64,000 nt of DNA from Bacilli bacterium (GTDB taxonomy: Bacteria; Bacillota_I; Bacilli_A; ML615J-28; CAG-313), in assembly GCA_045119035.1 (NCBI GenBank), contig JBGVCU010000057.1, positions 37,238-101,237 on the forward strand, written 5' to 3'. This document shows, in pieces, positions 39,517 through 49,655 of this stretch; position 1 is the stretch's first letter, and every line of letters begins with the position of its first letter. A program made the translations under genes and the position numbers. The notes under the pieces are model-generated. The model was not told the origin of the DNA. It ran no database searches and was given only the letters and a program-made list of their open reading frames with translations.

Positions 39517-39556
39517 AAGTACCAAAATACAAATAGTCTGTATTTTGGTACTTTGT
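39517..39556 (+). terminator. Rho-independent terminator (possibly leaky, since the next gene starts 24 bp later)
   Basis: GTACCAAAATACA-AATAGTC-TGTATTTTGGTAC followed by TTTGTTTTT. Confidence 0.55.
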
Positions 39557-39579
39557 TTTTAATAATAAAGGAGCAAACA

Positions 39580-42500
39580 ATGAAAAGAAAAATTTGGATT
39601 ATTGTTATAGCGGTTGTTATTTTAGCAGTTATCGTATTTGCAATTACTGGTTCAAAAACAGATGCTCCAAATATTAACTTAGATAATACTGAGTTAGATT
39701 TGACTTTTTCTGCAACAGATGAATCATATTTAAAATACAAAGAAGATAATAAAAATTTACCAATCGCAAATCAAGAATTTATTATTTTTCCAGAAGATTT
39801 AACTAGTTCAGAAGTAGAGTTTAATTCAACTAATGTTGAAAATCATCCTGAACTTAAAGAAGTATTCCACTGGGAAAAGAATTCTACATCCACAATTTCA
39901 TTTGTTTTAGATGATAATAATGTTGAAACACATTTAGCTAAAAAACTATATGTTATTGAAATTGAATACTATTCTTTAGTAGATTCAATTATTGATATTG
40001 AATTTGGATTAGAAATAAATGGAAAAACTCCATTCTTTGAAGCTTCTCAAATCAACTTAACAACTCTATGGAAAATGAGTGGAGAAGTAAGTGTTGACCG
40101 TTATGGTAATGATGTTAATATGTCTCAAGATGTATATAGATCATGGCAAACAGCTGTACTTCAAGATTCAACTAGACTTGCTAAAGAAGGATTAATTTTT
40201 GCTTTAGAAGAAGGAGATGAAATCTCTTTAACAAAAATTAATGGAGAAGTAAAAATTGGTAGAATTATTGTGAGACCAATTGAAAAACATGTTTCATATG
40301 AACAATATATTGGAAATAACACAGTTAAAAATACTGAAGCTATTAGATATGAAGCAGAACAAATGCTTAATAAAAGCAACACAACAATCAATATGAGTAC
40401 AAGTAGAGAAGTTGGTGTTGAACCATTTGATGTTAAAAATTTAAGACTTAATATCATTGGTGAAGGTTCATGGGGATCTTCAGGAGAATTTATTACTTGG
40501 GAAGTAGAAGTGCCTGAGGATGGTTATTATAACCTTGCGTTTAAAGTAAAACAATCAACTGAAAACACAACATCATATCGTACATTATATGTAAATGGAG
40601 AAATTCCATTTGAAGAAGCAAAACATTTACCATTCTCATATACATCTGAATGGACAAACGTACCTATTCAAGGAATTGATGGTACTAAATATGCTATTAA
40701 ATTAAATGCAGGAAAAAATGAAATTAGATTAGAAGTTGATAGTACATTATATCATTCTATTTCTGAGAAATTAAGCTCAATTACTGCTGAAATGAATGAA
40801 ATGGGTCTAGATATTACTAAATATACAAACGGTAATACATCAAAAGGTATTGACTGGGATATTGAAGAAAACTTCCCTGATATGAAACCTAAAATTCAAA
40901 AATGGGTTACTGAATTAAATTTAGTAATTGATACTTATAGAAAAATTTCAGGATTTAATAAAACTACAACATTATCACAAGATTTAGGTACAGCAGTACA
41001 AAAATTAGAAAAAATCATTGCTGATATTGAAGAATTGCCAAGAAGACTTTCACTTTTATCAGAAGGTTCTTCATGTGCTGCCCAACTTGTTGCAGGACAA
41101 ATGGATTCGGTTTTAACTCAAGGATTAGTTGTTGATAGTTTCTATATTTACTCAAATGAAGAAGATTTACCTAAACCAACAGGAAACTTTATTCGTTCAT
41201 TATGGGTAGGAATTCAAAGATTCTTTATTTCATTTTTTGATGATTCTTATAAGACAGATTCATCAAATGATGATGAATTAATCGTTTGGGTTAATAGATC
41301 TAGACAATATGCGGATGTTATTCAAAAATTAGCTGATGCTGCAACTGCAAATGGTGAATTACCATTCCAAGTTAAAGTATCTCTAATGAGTGATGATGGA
41401 AAATTAATTTTAGCAAACTCTGCAAACCAACAACCAGATGTAGCTTTAGGGGTTTCTGCTTGGATTCCAAATGACTATGGTATGCGTGGTATGTTAACAG
41501 ATTTAAGACAATTTGATGGATATTTAGATTTAATTAGTGAATTTAATCCTGAACAATTAGTTCCAATGACATATGATGATCATCTATACGGATTACCAGA
41601 AACAGAAAACTTCTATGTTTTATTCTATCGTACAGATACTTTAAATAAATTAGGTTTAACTATTCCAAATACATGGGATGATGTAATCGATATGTTACCT
41701 GTTTTAAAACGTTATGATATGGATTTCTATATTCCACTTTCAAACGGATCATCATCAAAATCATTTGATACAACTGCACCATTTATTTATCAATTTGAAG
41801 GTGAAGTATATTCATACAACAATAAAGGTATTTTAACTGGTGGTTTAGAAAATGAACAAACAATTCAAGCTTTAGAATTTATTACAGATTTATACACTGA
41901 ATATGGATTACCTTACCAAGTATCAAGCTTCTTTAATGAATTTAGATACAATAGAATTCCTATTGGTATTGCTGATTTCTCAACATATTTAAATTTATTA
42001 AATGGTGCTCCAGAAATTCAAGGTTTATGGGATATTACTGTTGTTCCTGGAATTAAAGTAACAGATGGTTCTGGAAATTCTAGAGTTAACCGTTATATGC
42101 CTGGTGCTCAACAAGCCGGTGTAATTTTTGAAAAGAGCGAAAAACAACAAGAAGCATGGTATTTCTTAAGCTGGTGGATGAGTAAAGATACTCAATCTGA
42201 ATATGCTAGTACAATGGTTAATACTTTAGGTAAGAGATATTTATGGAATACAGGTAATATGGAAGCATTCAAAGAACTTGCTTGGAATGAAGATCATAAA
42301 AAAGTCATTATGGAACAATGGACTCATTTAAAAGAAGTTTCAAGAATTCCTGGATATTACATTGTAGAACGTGAAATTTCTAACTCATGGAATAAAGTAG
42401 TTTATAACGATGAAAACTTAAGAAGCACACTTAGTGATGCTATGATTAAAATTACAAAAGAAATAACTCGTAAAATGCAAGAATTTGGTTATGTTGATAG

Positions 42501-42585
42501 TAAAGGAAATGTAACAGATAAACAATATATAATTCCTTCAACAGAATCAATTAATAAATGGAAGGAGGGAAATAAAGATGAGTAG
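39580..42585 (+). CDS. TM-anchored 1010-aa protein: ~520-aa unknown N-terminal extracellular region fused to a family-1 SBP domain
   Basis: ATG after AAAGGAG. One N-terminal TM (IWIIVIAVVILAVIVFAI). C-terminal half carries SBP blocks (LANSANQQPDVALGVSAWIP ... NFYVLFYRTD ... W). Overlaps the next permease gene by 8 nt. Confidence 0.6.
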   Translation: MKRKIWIIVIAVVILAVIVFAITGSKTDAPNINLDNTELDLTFSATDESYLKYKEDNKNLPIANQEFIIFPEDLTSSEVEFNSTNVENHPELKEVFHWEKNSTSTISFVLDDNNVETHLAKKLYVIEIEYYSLVDSIIDIEFGLEINGKTPFFEASQINLTTLWKMSGEVSVDRYGNDVNMSQDVYRSWQTAVLQDSTRLAKEGLIFALEEGDEISLTKINGEVKIGRIIVRPIEKHVSYEQYIGNNTVKNTEAIRYEAEQMLNKSNTTINMSTSREVGVEPFDVKNLRLNIIGEGSWGSSGEFITWEVEVPEDGYYNLAFKVKQSTENTTSYRTLYVNGEIPFEEAKHLPFSYTSEWTNVPIQGIDGTKYAIKLNAGKNEIRLEVDSTLYHSISEKLSSITAEMNEMGLDITKYTNGNTSKGIDWDIEENFPDMKPKIQKWVTELNLVIDTYRKISGFNKTTTLSQDLGTAVQKLEKIIADIEELPRRLSLLSEGSSCAAQLVAGQMDSVLTQGLVVDSFYIYSNEEDLPKPTGNFIRSLWVGIQRFFISFFDDSYKTDSSNDDELIVWVNRSRQYADVIQKLADAATANGELPFQVKVSLMSDDGKLILANSANQQPDVALGVSAWIPNDYGMRGMLTDLRQFDGYLDLISEFNPEQLVPMTYDDHLYGLPETENFYVLFYRTDTLNKLGLTIPNTWDDVIDMLPVLKRYDMDFYIPLSNGSSSKSFDTTAPFIYQFEGEVYSYNNKGILTGGLENEQTIQALEFITDLYTEYGLPYQVSSFFNEFRYNRIPIGIADFSTYLNLLNGAPEIQGLWDITVVPGIKVTDGSGNSRVNRYMPGAQQAGVIFEKSEKQQEAWYFLSWWMSKDTQSEYASTMVNTLGKRYLWNTGNMEAFKELAWNEDHKKVIMEQWTHLKEVSRIPGYYIVEREISNSWNKVVYNDENLRSTLSDAMIKITKEITRKMQEFGYVDSKGNVTDKQYIIPSTESINKWKEGNKDE

Positions 42586-43513
42586 TAAAGGTAAAATAGC
42601 AACTTTTATCGAAAAAGAGAAAAAAGCATTTAAAACCGATGATAAATCAGCGTATTTATTTGCGGCTCCATATATCATCTTATTTACAATTTTCATTATT
42701 CTTCCAACAATTTATGCGATTTATTTGTCATTTACAAGTTTTAATATGGTTGGAAAACCTAAATGGAATACTTTCCAAAACTATATTTTCTTACTTACAA
42801 GTGACTCTGAATTCATGAAATATATATTACCTAATACAATTAAATTCAGTTTAATTGTTGGACCAGGTGGATATATTTTATCATTTATGATGGCTTGGTG
42901 TTTATCACAATTACCTCATAGATTAAGAACAGTTTTAGCTGTAATTCTTTATTCTCCATCACTTACTGCCGGTATTACAATGAGTGTTGTATGGAAGGTA
43001 GTATTTGCGGGGGACTCAAGTGGTTACCTAAACTATATTCTGATGGAACTTGGATTGATTGTTGAGCCTATTGCTTTCTTACAATCCGAAAAATACTTAT
43101 TTACAATAATGGTTATTGTTACCCTTTGGGGTAGTATGGGTGTTGGGTTCTTAGCAATGCTTGGAGGTATCCTAAATGTAAACCCAGAACTATACGAAGC
43201 GGCTTACTTAGATGGTATGCATAGCCGTTGGCAAGAAATCATTTATATTACAATTCCACAAATGAAATCTTCAATGTTATTCGGTGCGGTAATGACAATT
43301 GTAGGAACATTTAGTTCCGGTGCAATTGGGGTACAACTATCCGGTTCAAACCCAACACCAAACTATTCAGGTTCATTAATTCTGAACCATATTGAAGACT
43401 ACGGATTTATTAGATACGACATGGGATATGCGGCTGCCTTATCTGTTGTATTATTAATAATTATCTATGTATTTAGTAAAGTGGCTAATGCTTTATTTAA
43501 GGAGAAAGACTAA
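42578..43513 (+). CDS. Sugar ABC transporter permease (MalF/UgpA-like)
   Basis: Six TM helices; EAA loop EAAYLDGMHSRWQEIIYITIPQ. Confidence 0.85.
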   Translation: MSSKGKIATFIEKEKKAFKTDDKSAYLFAAPYIILFTIFIILPTIYAIYLSFTSFNMVGKPKWNTFQNYIFLLTSDSEFMKYILPNTIKFSLIVGPGGYILSFMMAWCLSQLPHRLRTVLAVILYSPSLTAGITMSVVWKVVFAGDSSGYLNYILMELGLIVEPIAFLQSEKYLFTIMVIVTLWGSMGVGFLAMLGGILNVNPELYEAAYLDGMHSRWQEIIYITIPQMKSSMLFGAVMTIVGTFSSGAIGVQLSGSNPTPNYSGSLILNHIEDYGFIRYDMGYAAALSVVLLIIIYVFSKVANALFKEKD

Positions 43514-43515
43514 TT

Positions 43516-44400
43516 ATGGCATTTAGAAAATCAAAATATAGTGTTACAAAAGTCAATCCTAAATCATTTAATTTAGGTCAATTACCGTTCTTACTTGCGG
43601 TATTACCAATTGCAGCCTTTATGCTTTTACCACTATTATACATATTTAATCATGCATTTAAACCGTTTGATGAATTACTAGAATATCCTCCAAAATTCTT
43701 TGTAAGTCGTCCTACATTTAACAACTTTAAAGAATTATTTAAAGCATCTTCAACAACAGCAATTCCAGTATCAAGATATTTATTTAATAGTATCGTTATT
43801 ACAATTGTTGTAGTTGTATTATCAATTATTTTAAGTTCAATGGCAGGTTTTGCTTTATCAAAACTAAAATTCCATGTAAATAAAGTTATTAATGAAGTTA
43901 ATACTATTGCCTTAATGTTCGTAGGAGTTGCTGTTACAATTCCTAAGTATATGATTATTGAAAAACTTGGTTTAGTTGATAATTTCTTAGTTCATATTAT
44001 TCCGGTCTTAGCAGTTCCAGTCGGATTATTCTTGATTAAACAGACAATCGATGATATTCCTAATGAACTAATCGAAGCAGCAAAAATGGATGGTGCTTCA
44101 AGCTTTAGAATTTATTGGTCAATCATTCTTCCAATGATTAAACCAGCTATGGCAACTGTTGCAATTCTTTCTTTCCAAACAGTATGGAATGATGCAAGTA
44201 TTTCTGCAACATATTTAAACGATGATACACTGAAGACCTTCGCATACTACGTATCGACCCTATCTTCAGCATCAAACTCTACAGCAGGAATGGGAATGTC
44301 TGCTGCAGCAACACTTATTATGTTCTTACCTAACTTAATTATCTTTATTATTTTACAAGGTAAAGTTATGAGCACAATGGCTCATTCAGGTATTAAATAG
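43516..44400 (+). CDS. Sugar ABC transporter permease (MalG/UgpE-like)
   Basis: EAA loop EAAKMDGASSFRIYWSIILPMIKP; six TM helices. Confidence 0.85.
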   Translation: MAFRKSKYSVTKVNPKSFNLGQLPFLLAVLPIAAFMLLPLLYIFNHAFKPFDELLEYPPKFFVSRPTFNNFKELFKASSTTAIPVSRYLFNSIVITIVVVVLSIILSSMAGFALSKLKFHVNKVINEVNTIALMFVGVAVTIPKYMIIEKLGLVDNFLVHIIPVLAVPVGLFLIKQTIDDIPNELIEAAKMDGASSFRIYWSIILPMIKPAMATVAILSFQTVWNDASISATYLNDDTLKTFAYYVSTLSSASNSTAGMGMSAAATLIMFLPNLIIFIILQGKVMSTMAHSGIK

Positions 44401-44408
44401 GTGATTGT

Positions 44409-46469
44409 ATGAAAAGATCAGTATTTAAGAAAATTACAATATTAGTATTTATTTGTTTATTTTGTATTTTAGGTATCTCATCTACAAAAATTACAGCATC
44501 AGCTGCCTCAAACGTAAATGGTGTTCCTTATACAACTTATACAAAAAGTGTTCACGGGCTATCTCCTACGCAAACTGCATACATTCCTGTAGGTGTTATT
44601 TGTGAAACACACAATTTATCTAGTGCATCTGATATCTACTTTTATGAAAATAGCCTATATATAGCAGATACAGGTAACAAACGTATAATTCAATCGGACA
44701 TTAAAGGAAATATTATTAAAGAGTATAAACACGAAGAATTCATGTCTCCTACTGGTGTATTCGTAACAGAAGAAAGTGTTTATATCGCAGATAAAGCAGC
44801 AAAAACTGTATTTAAAGTAAGTCATGACTTAGATGCAACTGGAGCTGCAAATATCGAACTTCGTGTTGTTAAACCTTCTAAATCACCAATCTTTGGTAAC
44901 CACGATTTTGTTCCTACAAAAGTTGCGGTAAAATCAAATAGAAATATTTATGTTATTGGTGAAGGTTCAACAAACGGTATTATTGAATTCAACTATGATG
45001 GTGAATTCTTAGGATACTTAGGTATCAACAGTGTAGAATTATCATTAAGATCAATTATTTTTGGTTTCTTACTAAAAGATTTTGATGGTGCTTCAGATAA
45101 ACCTAGTGCTCCAACAAACGTTGCTTTAGGTTTAAAAGGTTCAATCCTTTCTACTAACATAAACGTTGCTGAAACATTCAAACGTTTAAACATTACAGGT
45201 ATTAATACTTTACAAGCAACAACTACATATCCAACAGTAACTTTATCTGATATTATTATGAATGATGAAGGATATATCTATATGGTTGGTGAACAAGGTG
45301 AAGTATATGAATACGACAGTAAAGGTAATTTATTATTCACATTTAATACATATGACTTTGCTCAAACAAAAGCTTTAGGTTTAACTTCTAAACCTTCTGG
45401 TATTTGTTTAGATAATGATGGAAATATTTATATTTTAGATTCAAGTTATACAAATATTCAAATTTATCAAAAAACAGTATTCGTTGACTTAGTTCACAAA
45501 GCTGTTACTCTATACAATGAAGGTAGATATGAAGAATCTAAACCTTATTGGCTAGAAATCCAAAGACAAAATACTTCATTCTCTTTAGCTCATACAGCCC
45601 TAGGTTCTACACTTGCTAAAGAAGGAAAATACGAAGAAGCATTAAAAGAATTTGAACTTGCAAAAGATTACAATGGATATTCACAAGCATATTGGGAAAT
45701 CCGTAATGCTGCAATTCAATCAAATTTACCATTATGGTTAGGTATTATTTTTGGATCAATTATTTTACTTGTAGTTGCTTCAAAAGTATACAAAAAATCT
45801 CCAGCATTTGATGGTGTTAAAGCTGGTATTGCTAAATTTAAATCTAAGAAATTAGTAAGCGAACTTTTATATGGATTTAACATATTTAAGAAACCATCTG
45901 ATACATTCTATGGTATCAAAAAACAAGGTAAAGCAAGCTATTTATCAGGAATTATCTTACTTGCTTTATTCGTAATTATTTATTTAGTTGATATTTATTG
46001 TTCTGGATTCTTATTTAGATCAGAAGCAGGACTTTCATATGTTTCAGTACAACTTGCGTTAGTACTTGGACTATTTATGTTATTTGTTGTTGTTAACTAC
46101 TTCGTAAGTACATTAAGTGATGGTGAAGGTTGGTTTAGAGATATCTTTATTTCTTCAGCTTATGCTTTAATGCCTTTCATTGTATTAACATTACCAATGA
46201 CATTCTTATCACATTTCTTAACTTATAACGAAGGATTTATTGTTGAACTTTATACAACATTTACAATGGGATGGACATTATTCTTATTAATTTATGCTAT
46301 TAAAGAAGTTCATAATTATTCATTTAAGAAAACTTTAGGAAGTGTATTAATTATTATTTTTGGAATGATTATTTTAGTCTTAATCGGATTATTAGTATAT
46401 TCATTCATGGGTCAATTAATTGACTTCTTAGTAAGTATTGTTAAGGAGGTGTTCTATCGTGCGTTCTAA
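44409..46469 (+). CDS. Secreted NHL-type beta-propeller plus TPR protein with a C-terminal multi-TM (Yip1-like) domain
   Basis: Signal peptide; repeated YIAD(T/K) ... K(R/T)(I/V) blades; TPR-like helix pair (YNEGRYEESKPYW ... GKYEEALKEF); 5-6 C-terminal TM helices. Confidence 0.5.
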   Translation: MKRSVFKKITILVFICLFCILGISSTKITASAASNVNGVPYTTYTKSVHGLSPTQTAYIPVGVICETHNLSSASDIYFYENSLYIADTGNKRIIQSDIKGNIIKEYKHEEFMSPTGVFVTEESVYIADKAAKTVFKVSHDLDATGAANIELRVVKPSKSPIFGNHDFVPTKVAVKSNRNIYVIGEGSTNGIIEFNYDGEFLGYLGINSVELSLRSIIFGFLLKDFDGASDKPSAPTNVALGLKGSILSTNINVAETFKRLNITGINTLQATTTYPTVTLSDIIMNDEGYIYMVGEQGEVYEYDSKGNLLFTFNTYDFAQTKALGLTSKPSGICLDNDGNIYILDSSYTNIQIYQKTVFVDLVHKAVTLYNEGRYEESKPYWLEIQRQNTSFSLAHTALGSTLAKEGKYEEALKEFELAKDYNGYSQAYWEIRNAAIQSNLPLWLGIIFGSIILLVVASKVYKKSPAFDGVKAGIAKFKSKKLVSELLYGFNIFKKPSDTFYGIKKQGKASYLSGIILLALFVIIYLVDIYCSGFLFRSEAGLSYVSVQLALVLGLFMLFVVVNYFVSTLSDGEGWFRDIFISSAYALMPFIVLTLPMTFLSHFLTYNEGFIVELYTTFTMGWTLFLLIYAIKEVHNYSFKKTLGSVLIIIFGMIILVLIGLLVYSFMGQLIDFLVSIVKEVFYRAF

Positions 46470-48720
46470 AACAAAGATAATCATCTCAAGTATTTTATTA
46501 CTTTTAATTGTAACTGCTATTAGCGTTTCTATTTACGCTAGTATCGACGAAAGTGATGTTGAACTTGCTGGATTTAATAATATTAGTGAATTCTATCCAT
46601 CAAATAGACATACATATCAAGAAGATTATAAAACTGCAACAAGTGTTGCTCCTGAGGTTTTAGGAGACAAAGTAAAAGAAATTTCTACTGAAATTGGTAA
46701 AGTTGAAGTTGATGAAGAAACATTAGCTTTCAAGTTTACAAACAATAGAGGTTATACTTGGGCTAGTACAGTAGATTATACAAAAGAAGATGCAGAACTT
46801 AATTCAAAAAATAAAAATAGAGTTAGATCTGCGATAATTTTAAATGTATATGATACTACAAGTGCATCATATAATATAAGAGAATATTATATGTCAGATG
46901 CACAAAGCGTTACTGTTTCTGAAATTACAAATGGATTTAGTGCTAAAGTTAAATACTATGAAAAAGCTAAAAAATATCTATTAGATATTACAATTACAAT
47001 CAATGTTACATTTACAAATGATGGAATTAATGTTTCAATTCCAAGTGAAACAATTATTGAAAATGGTGATTTCTTAGTAAATAATATTTTAGTATATCCT
47101 TATTTTGGAAGTGTTAAAGAAAATCAAGTTCCTGGATATATCTTTGTTCCAGATGGTGTAGGTGCTCTTGTAAGATATAAAAAAGCATCAACTGTTTCTC
47201 TAACAAATTATGAAAAATATATTTATGGTAAAGATTTATCATACTCAGCATCTTCAAATTTATTAACTGAAGATGTTCAAGATTCAAAAATTTATGCTCC
47301 TGTATACGGTTTTGTACATGGTGTAAATCAAAATGCTATGTTTGCTGTTATTGAAGATGGTGCTGAATACGGAAGCGTTAATGTAGAATTCTCTACAAGC
47401 TCAATGAAATATTCTACAGTTTATCCACGTTTTACATATCGTAGAACATATTCTCAACCAATGGATAAATCAGGAAATACAATTACTTTATTACAAAAAG
47501 ACAAAAATGAATTTGATATCAATATTAAATTCTTATCATTAGAAAATGAACAAGCTAACTATGTAGGTATGGCAAATGCTTATAACGATTACCTACAAAG
47601 TACTCAAAATCTTTCAAATAAACAAAACAATTCATCAATTAGTCTAAGAGTTGATACAATTGGTCTTGAAAGAACAGAAGGTGTATTATTTGATAAGAAA
47701 ATCGTTATGACAACTTTCAAAGAATATAAAGAAATCTTAGATACTTTAACTAACTCTGGTGTAAGTAATATTACTGGTGTATTTAAAGGATTTACAAACA
47801 ATGGTGTATCTTGGGCTGCTCCAAATTATGAAAAAGTTTCAAAGAAATTAGGATCACAAAATAGTTTAGAAGACTTAGTTGAAAACTACAATGTTTACTT
47901 TGAAACAGAATATCAAAAAGCAACATCACGTGTTGGTGGATATAATTCATATTTTGATTTAGCTAAAAAAATTAACGATCAACGTTATGCGTATACATAC
48001 GGTGATTATGATGCTTATTTACTTACTCACAGTAAAACTGTAGAAGTATTAAAAGAAAGTGTTGAAAAACTAGAAAAAGCAACAATTAAAAATTTATATA
48101 TCCAATCTATGGGAAGCTTATTATATTCAGATTTTGCAAATGATGTTTCATTAACAGAAGCTCAAGCTATTTATAATAATGCTTTAAAAGAAGTAAAAGG
48201 TAATGTTGCATTATCAAGTGTATATGCTTATCTTTGGGGTTCAATTGATGAATATTTCGATTTCCCATTATATAGCAGTCAATATTTAACATTTGATGAT
48301 ACTGTTCCATTCCTTGCAATTACATTATCTAATTCAATGAATCTATATTCTTCATATGCTAACTTCTATGCATATCCAAGAGAAGAATTATTAAGATTAG
48401 TTGATTATAATGTATATCCTTCATTTATTGTTACAAATGAATCTTCAAGTTTACTTGAAAAAACAAATTTAAATAATATCTATTCTTCAAAATTTGAAGA
48501 CCTAGCAAACGCTGTTACAACTTACTATCAATTTGTTAATACTCCACTTAAAAATGTAATTGGAGCAAGTCTTGTTTCAAGAACAATTCCATCAAATGGT
48601 ATTGTAATTAATAAATATAGTAATAACGTTGAAATTATTATTAACTATACAAACGTAAAACAAGTAGTTAATGGTGTTACAGTTGAAGCTATGAATTATC
48701 ATGTAGGAGGTGTAAACTAA
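46459..48720 (+). CDS. Signal-anchored 760-aa extracellular protein of unknown function
   Basis: GTG start 9 nt after AAGGAGG, overlapping the previous gene by 11 nt. The stop overlaps the next ATG by 1 nt (TAATG), so it is embedded in the transporter operon. Confidence 0.5.
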   Translation: MRSKTKIIISSILLLLIVTAISVSIYASIDESDVELAGFNNISEFYPSNRHTYQEDYKTATSVAPEVLGDKVKEISTEIGKVEVDEETLAFKFTNNRGYTWASTVDYTKEDAELNSKNKNRVRSAIILNVYDTTSASYNIREYYMSDAQSVTVSEITNGFSAKVKYYEKAKKYLLDITITINVTFTNDGINVSIPSETIIENGDFLVNNILVYPYFGSVKENQVPGYIFVPDGVGALVRYKKASTVSLTNYEKYIYGKDLSYSASSNLLTEDVQDSKIYAPVYGFVHGVNQNAMFAVIEDGAEYGSVNVEFSTSSMKYSTVYPRFTYRRTYSQPMDKSGNTITLLQKDKNEFDINIKFLSLENEQANYVGMANAYNDYLQSTQNLSNKQNNSSISLRVDTIGLERTEGVLFDKKIVMTTFKEYKEILDTLTNSGVSNITGVFKGFTNNGVSWAAPNYEKVSKKLGSQNSLEDLVENYNVYFETEYQKATSRVGGYNSYFDLAKKINDQRYAYTYGDYDAYLLTHSKTVEVLKESVEKLEKATIKNLYIQSMGSLLYSDFANDVSLTEAQAIYNNALKEVKGNVALSSVYAYLWGSIDEYFDFPLYSSQYLTFDDTVPFLAITLSNSMNLYSSYANFYAYPREELLRLVDYNVYPSFIVTNESSSLLEKTNLNNIYSSKFEDLANAVTTYYQFVNTPLKNVIGASLVSRTIPSNGIVINKYSNNVEIIINYTNVKQVVNGVTVEAMNYHVGGVN

Positions 48721-49655
48721 TGGAAAATAAGAATTTAGATTCTCAAGTTAGTCAAATTGAACAACCTCGTAAAATGAAAAAAATGAGTAAGAAAACTAGA
48801 GATACTTTAGTTGGATATTCATTTATCGGTATTTGGATTATTGGTTTCTTAGTATTTATGTTAATCCCTGTTATTAACTCTGTAATTTATAGTTTCAGTG
48901 TTGTTAAAATTGAAAGTACAGGTATTAAGATTACTCCAAACGGAACTAAAAACTTCTTAAATATTTTCCAAGCTCCAGAAGGTCTTGCTTTTACCGAAGC
49001 ATTACTTGGATTTGCTAAAGAATTAATCGTTCAAGTTCCAATTATTATTGTATTCTCAATTATTATTGCTATCTTATTAAATCAACCAATTAAATGTCGC
49101 GGTTTATTTAGAGCAGTTTTCTTCTTACCAGTTATTATTTCATCTGGTCCAGTTATTAATGAATTAGTAACTCAAGGTGCAGGTGGAGCAAGTTTAATGT
49201 CTTCAATGGGATTTACAACAATGTTAGAAGACTTATTAGGACCAACTCTTGCTGAACCTATTACAGGACTATTCTCTGATATTATTATTATATTCTGGTT
49301 CTCAGGAGTACAAATTTTAATTATGCTTGCTGGTATTCAAAAAATGGATAAACAAGTATATGAAGCAGCTCACGTTGATGGTGCTGGAAGCTGGGAAATT
49401 TTCTGGAAAATTACTTTACCATCACTAAAAGCTTTAATTTTCGTTAGTACAATTTATACAATTGTATTATTATCAACATTCTCTAACAATGAAGTAATTG
49501 TTCAAATTAAGAATAATATGTTTGCAACAGATGCTAACTTCGGTTATGGTTTCGCAAGTGCAATGTCATGGATTTACATGCTTGTTATGGCGTTATTCAT
49601 TATTCTTGTTTGTGTTGTGTTACTTCCTAGAGATAAGAAAAGAGGTGCTAAATAA
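48720..49655 (+). CDS. Sugar ABC transporter permease (second pair, MalF-like)
   Basis: EAA loop EAAHVDGAGSWEIFWKITLPSLK; six TM helices. Confidence 0.85.
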   Translation: MENKNLDSQVSQIEQPRKMKKMSKKTRDTLVGYSFIGIWIIGFLVFMLIPVINSVIYSFSVVKIESTGIKITPNGTKNFLNIFQAPEGLAFTEALLGFAKELIVQVPIIIVFSIIIAILLNQPIKCRGLFRAVFFLPVIISSGPVINELVTQGAGGASLMSSMGFTTMLEDLLGPTLAEPITGLFSDIIIIFWFSGVQILIMLAGIQKMDKQVYEAAHVDGAGSWEIFWKITLPSLKALIFVSTIYTIVLLSTFSNNEVIVQIKNNMFATDANFGYGFASAMSWIYMLVMALFIILVCVVLLPRDKKRGAK

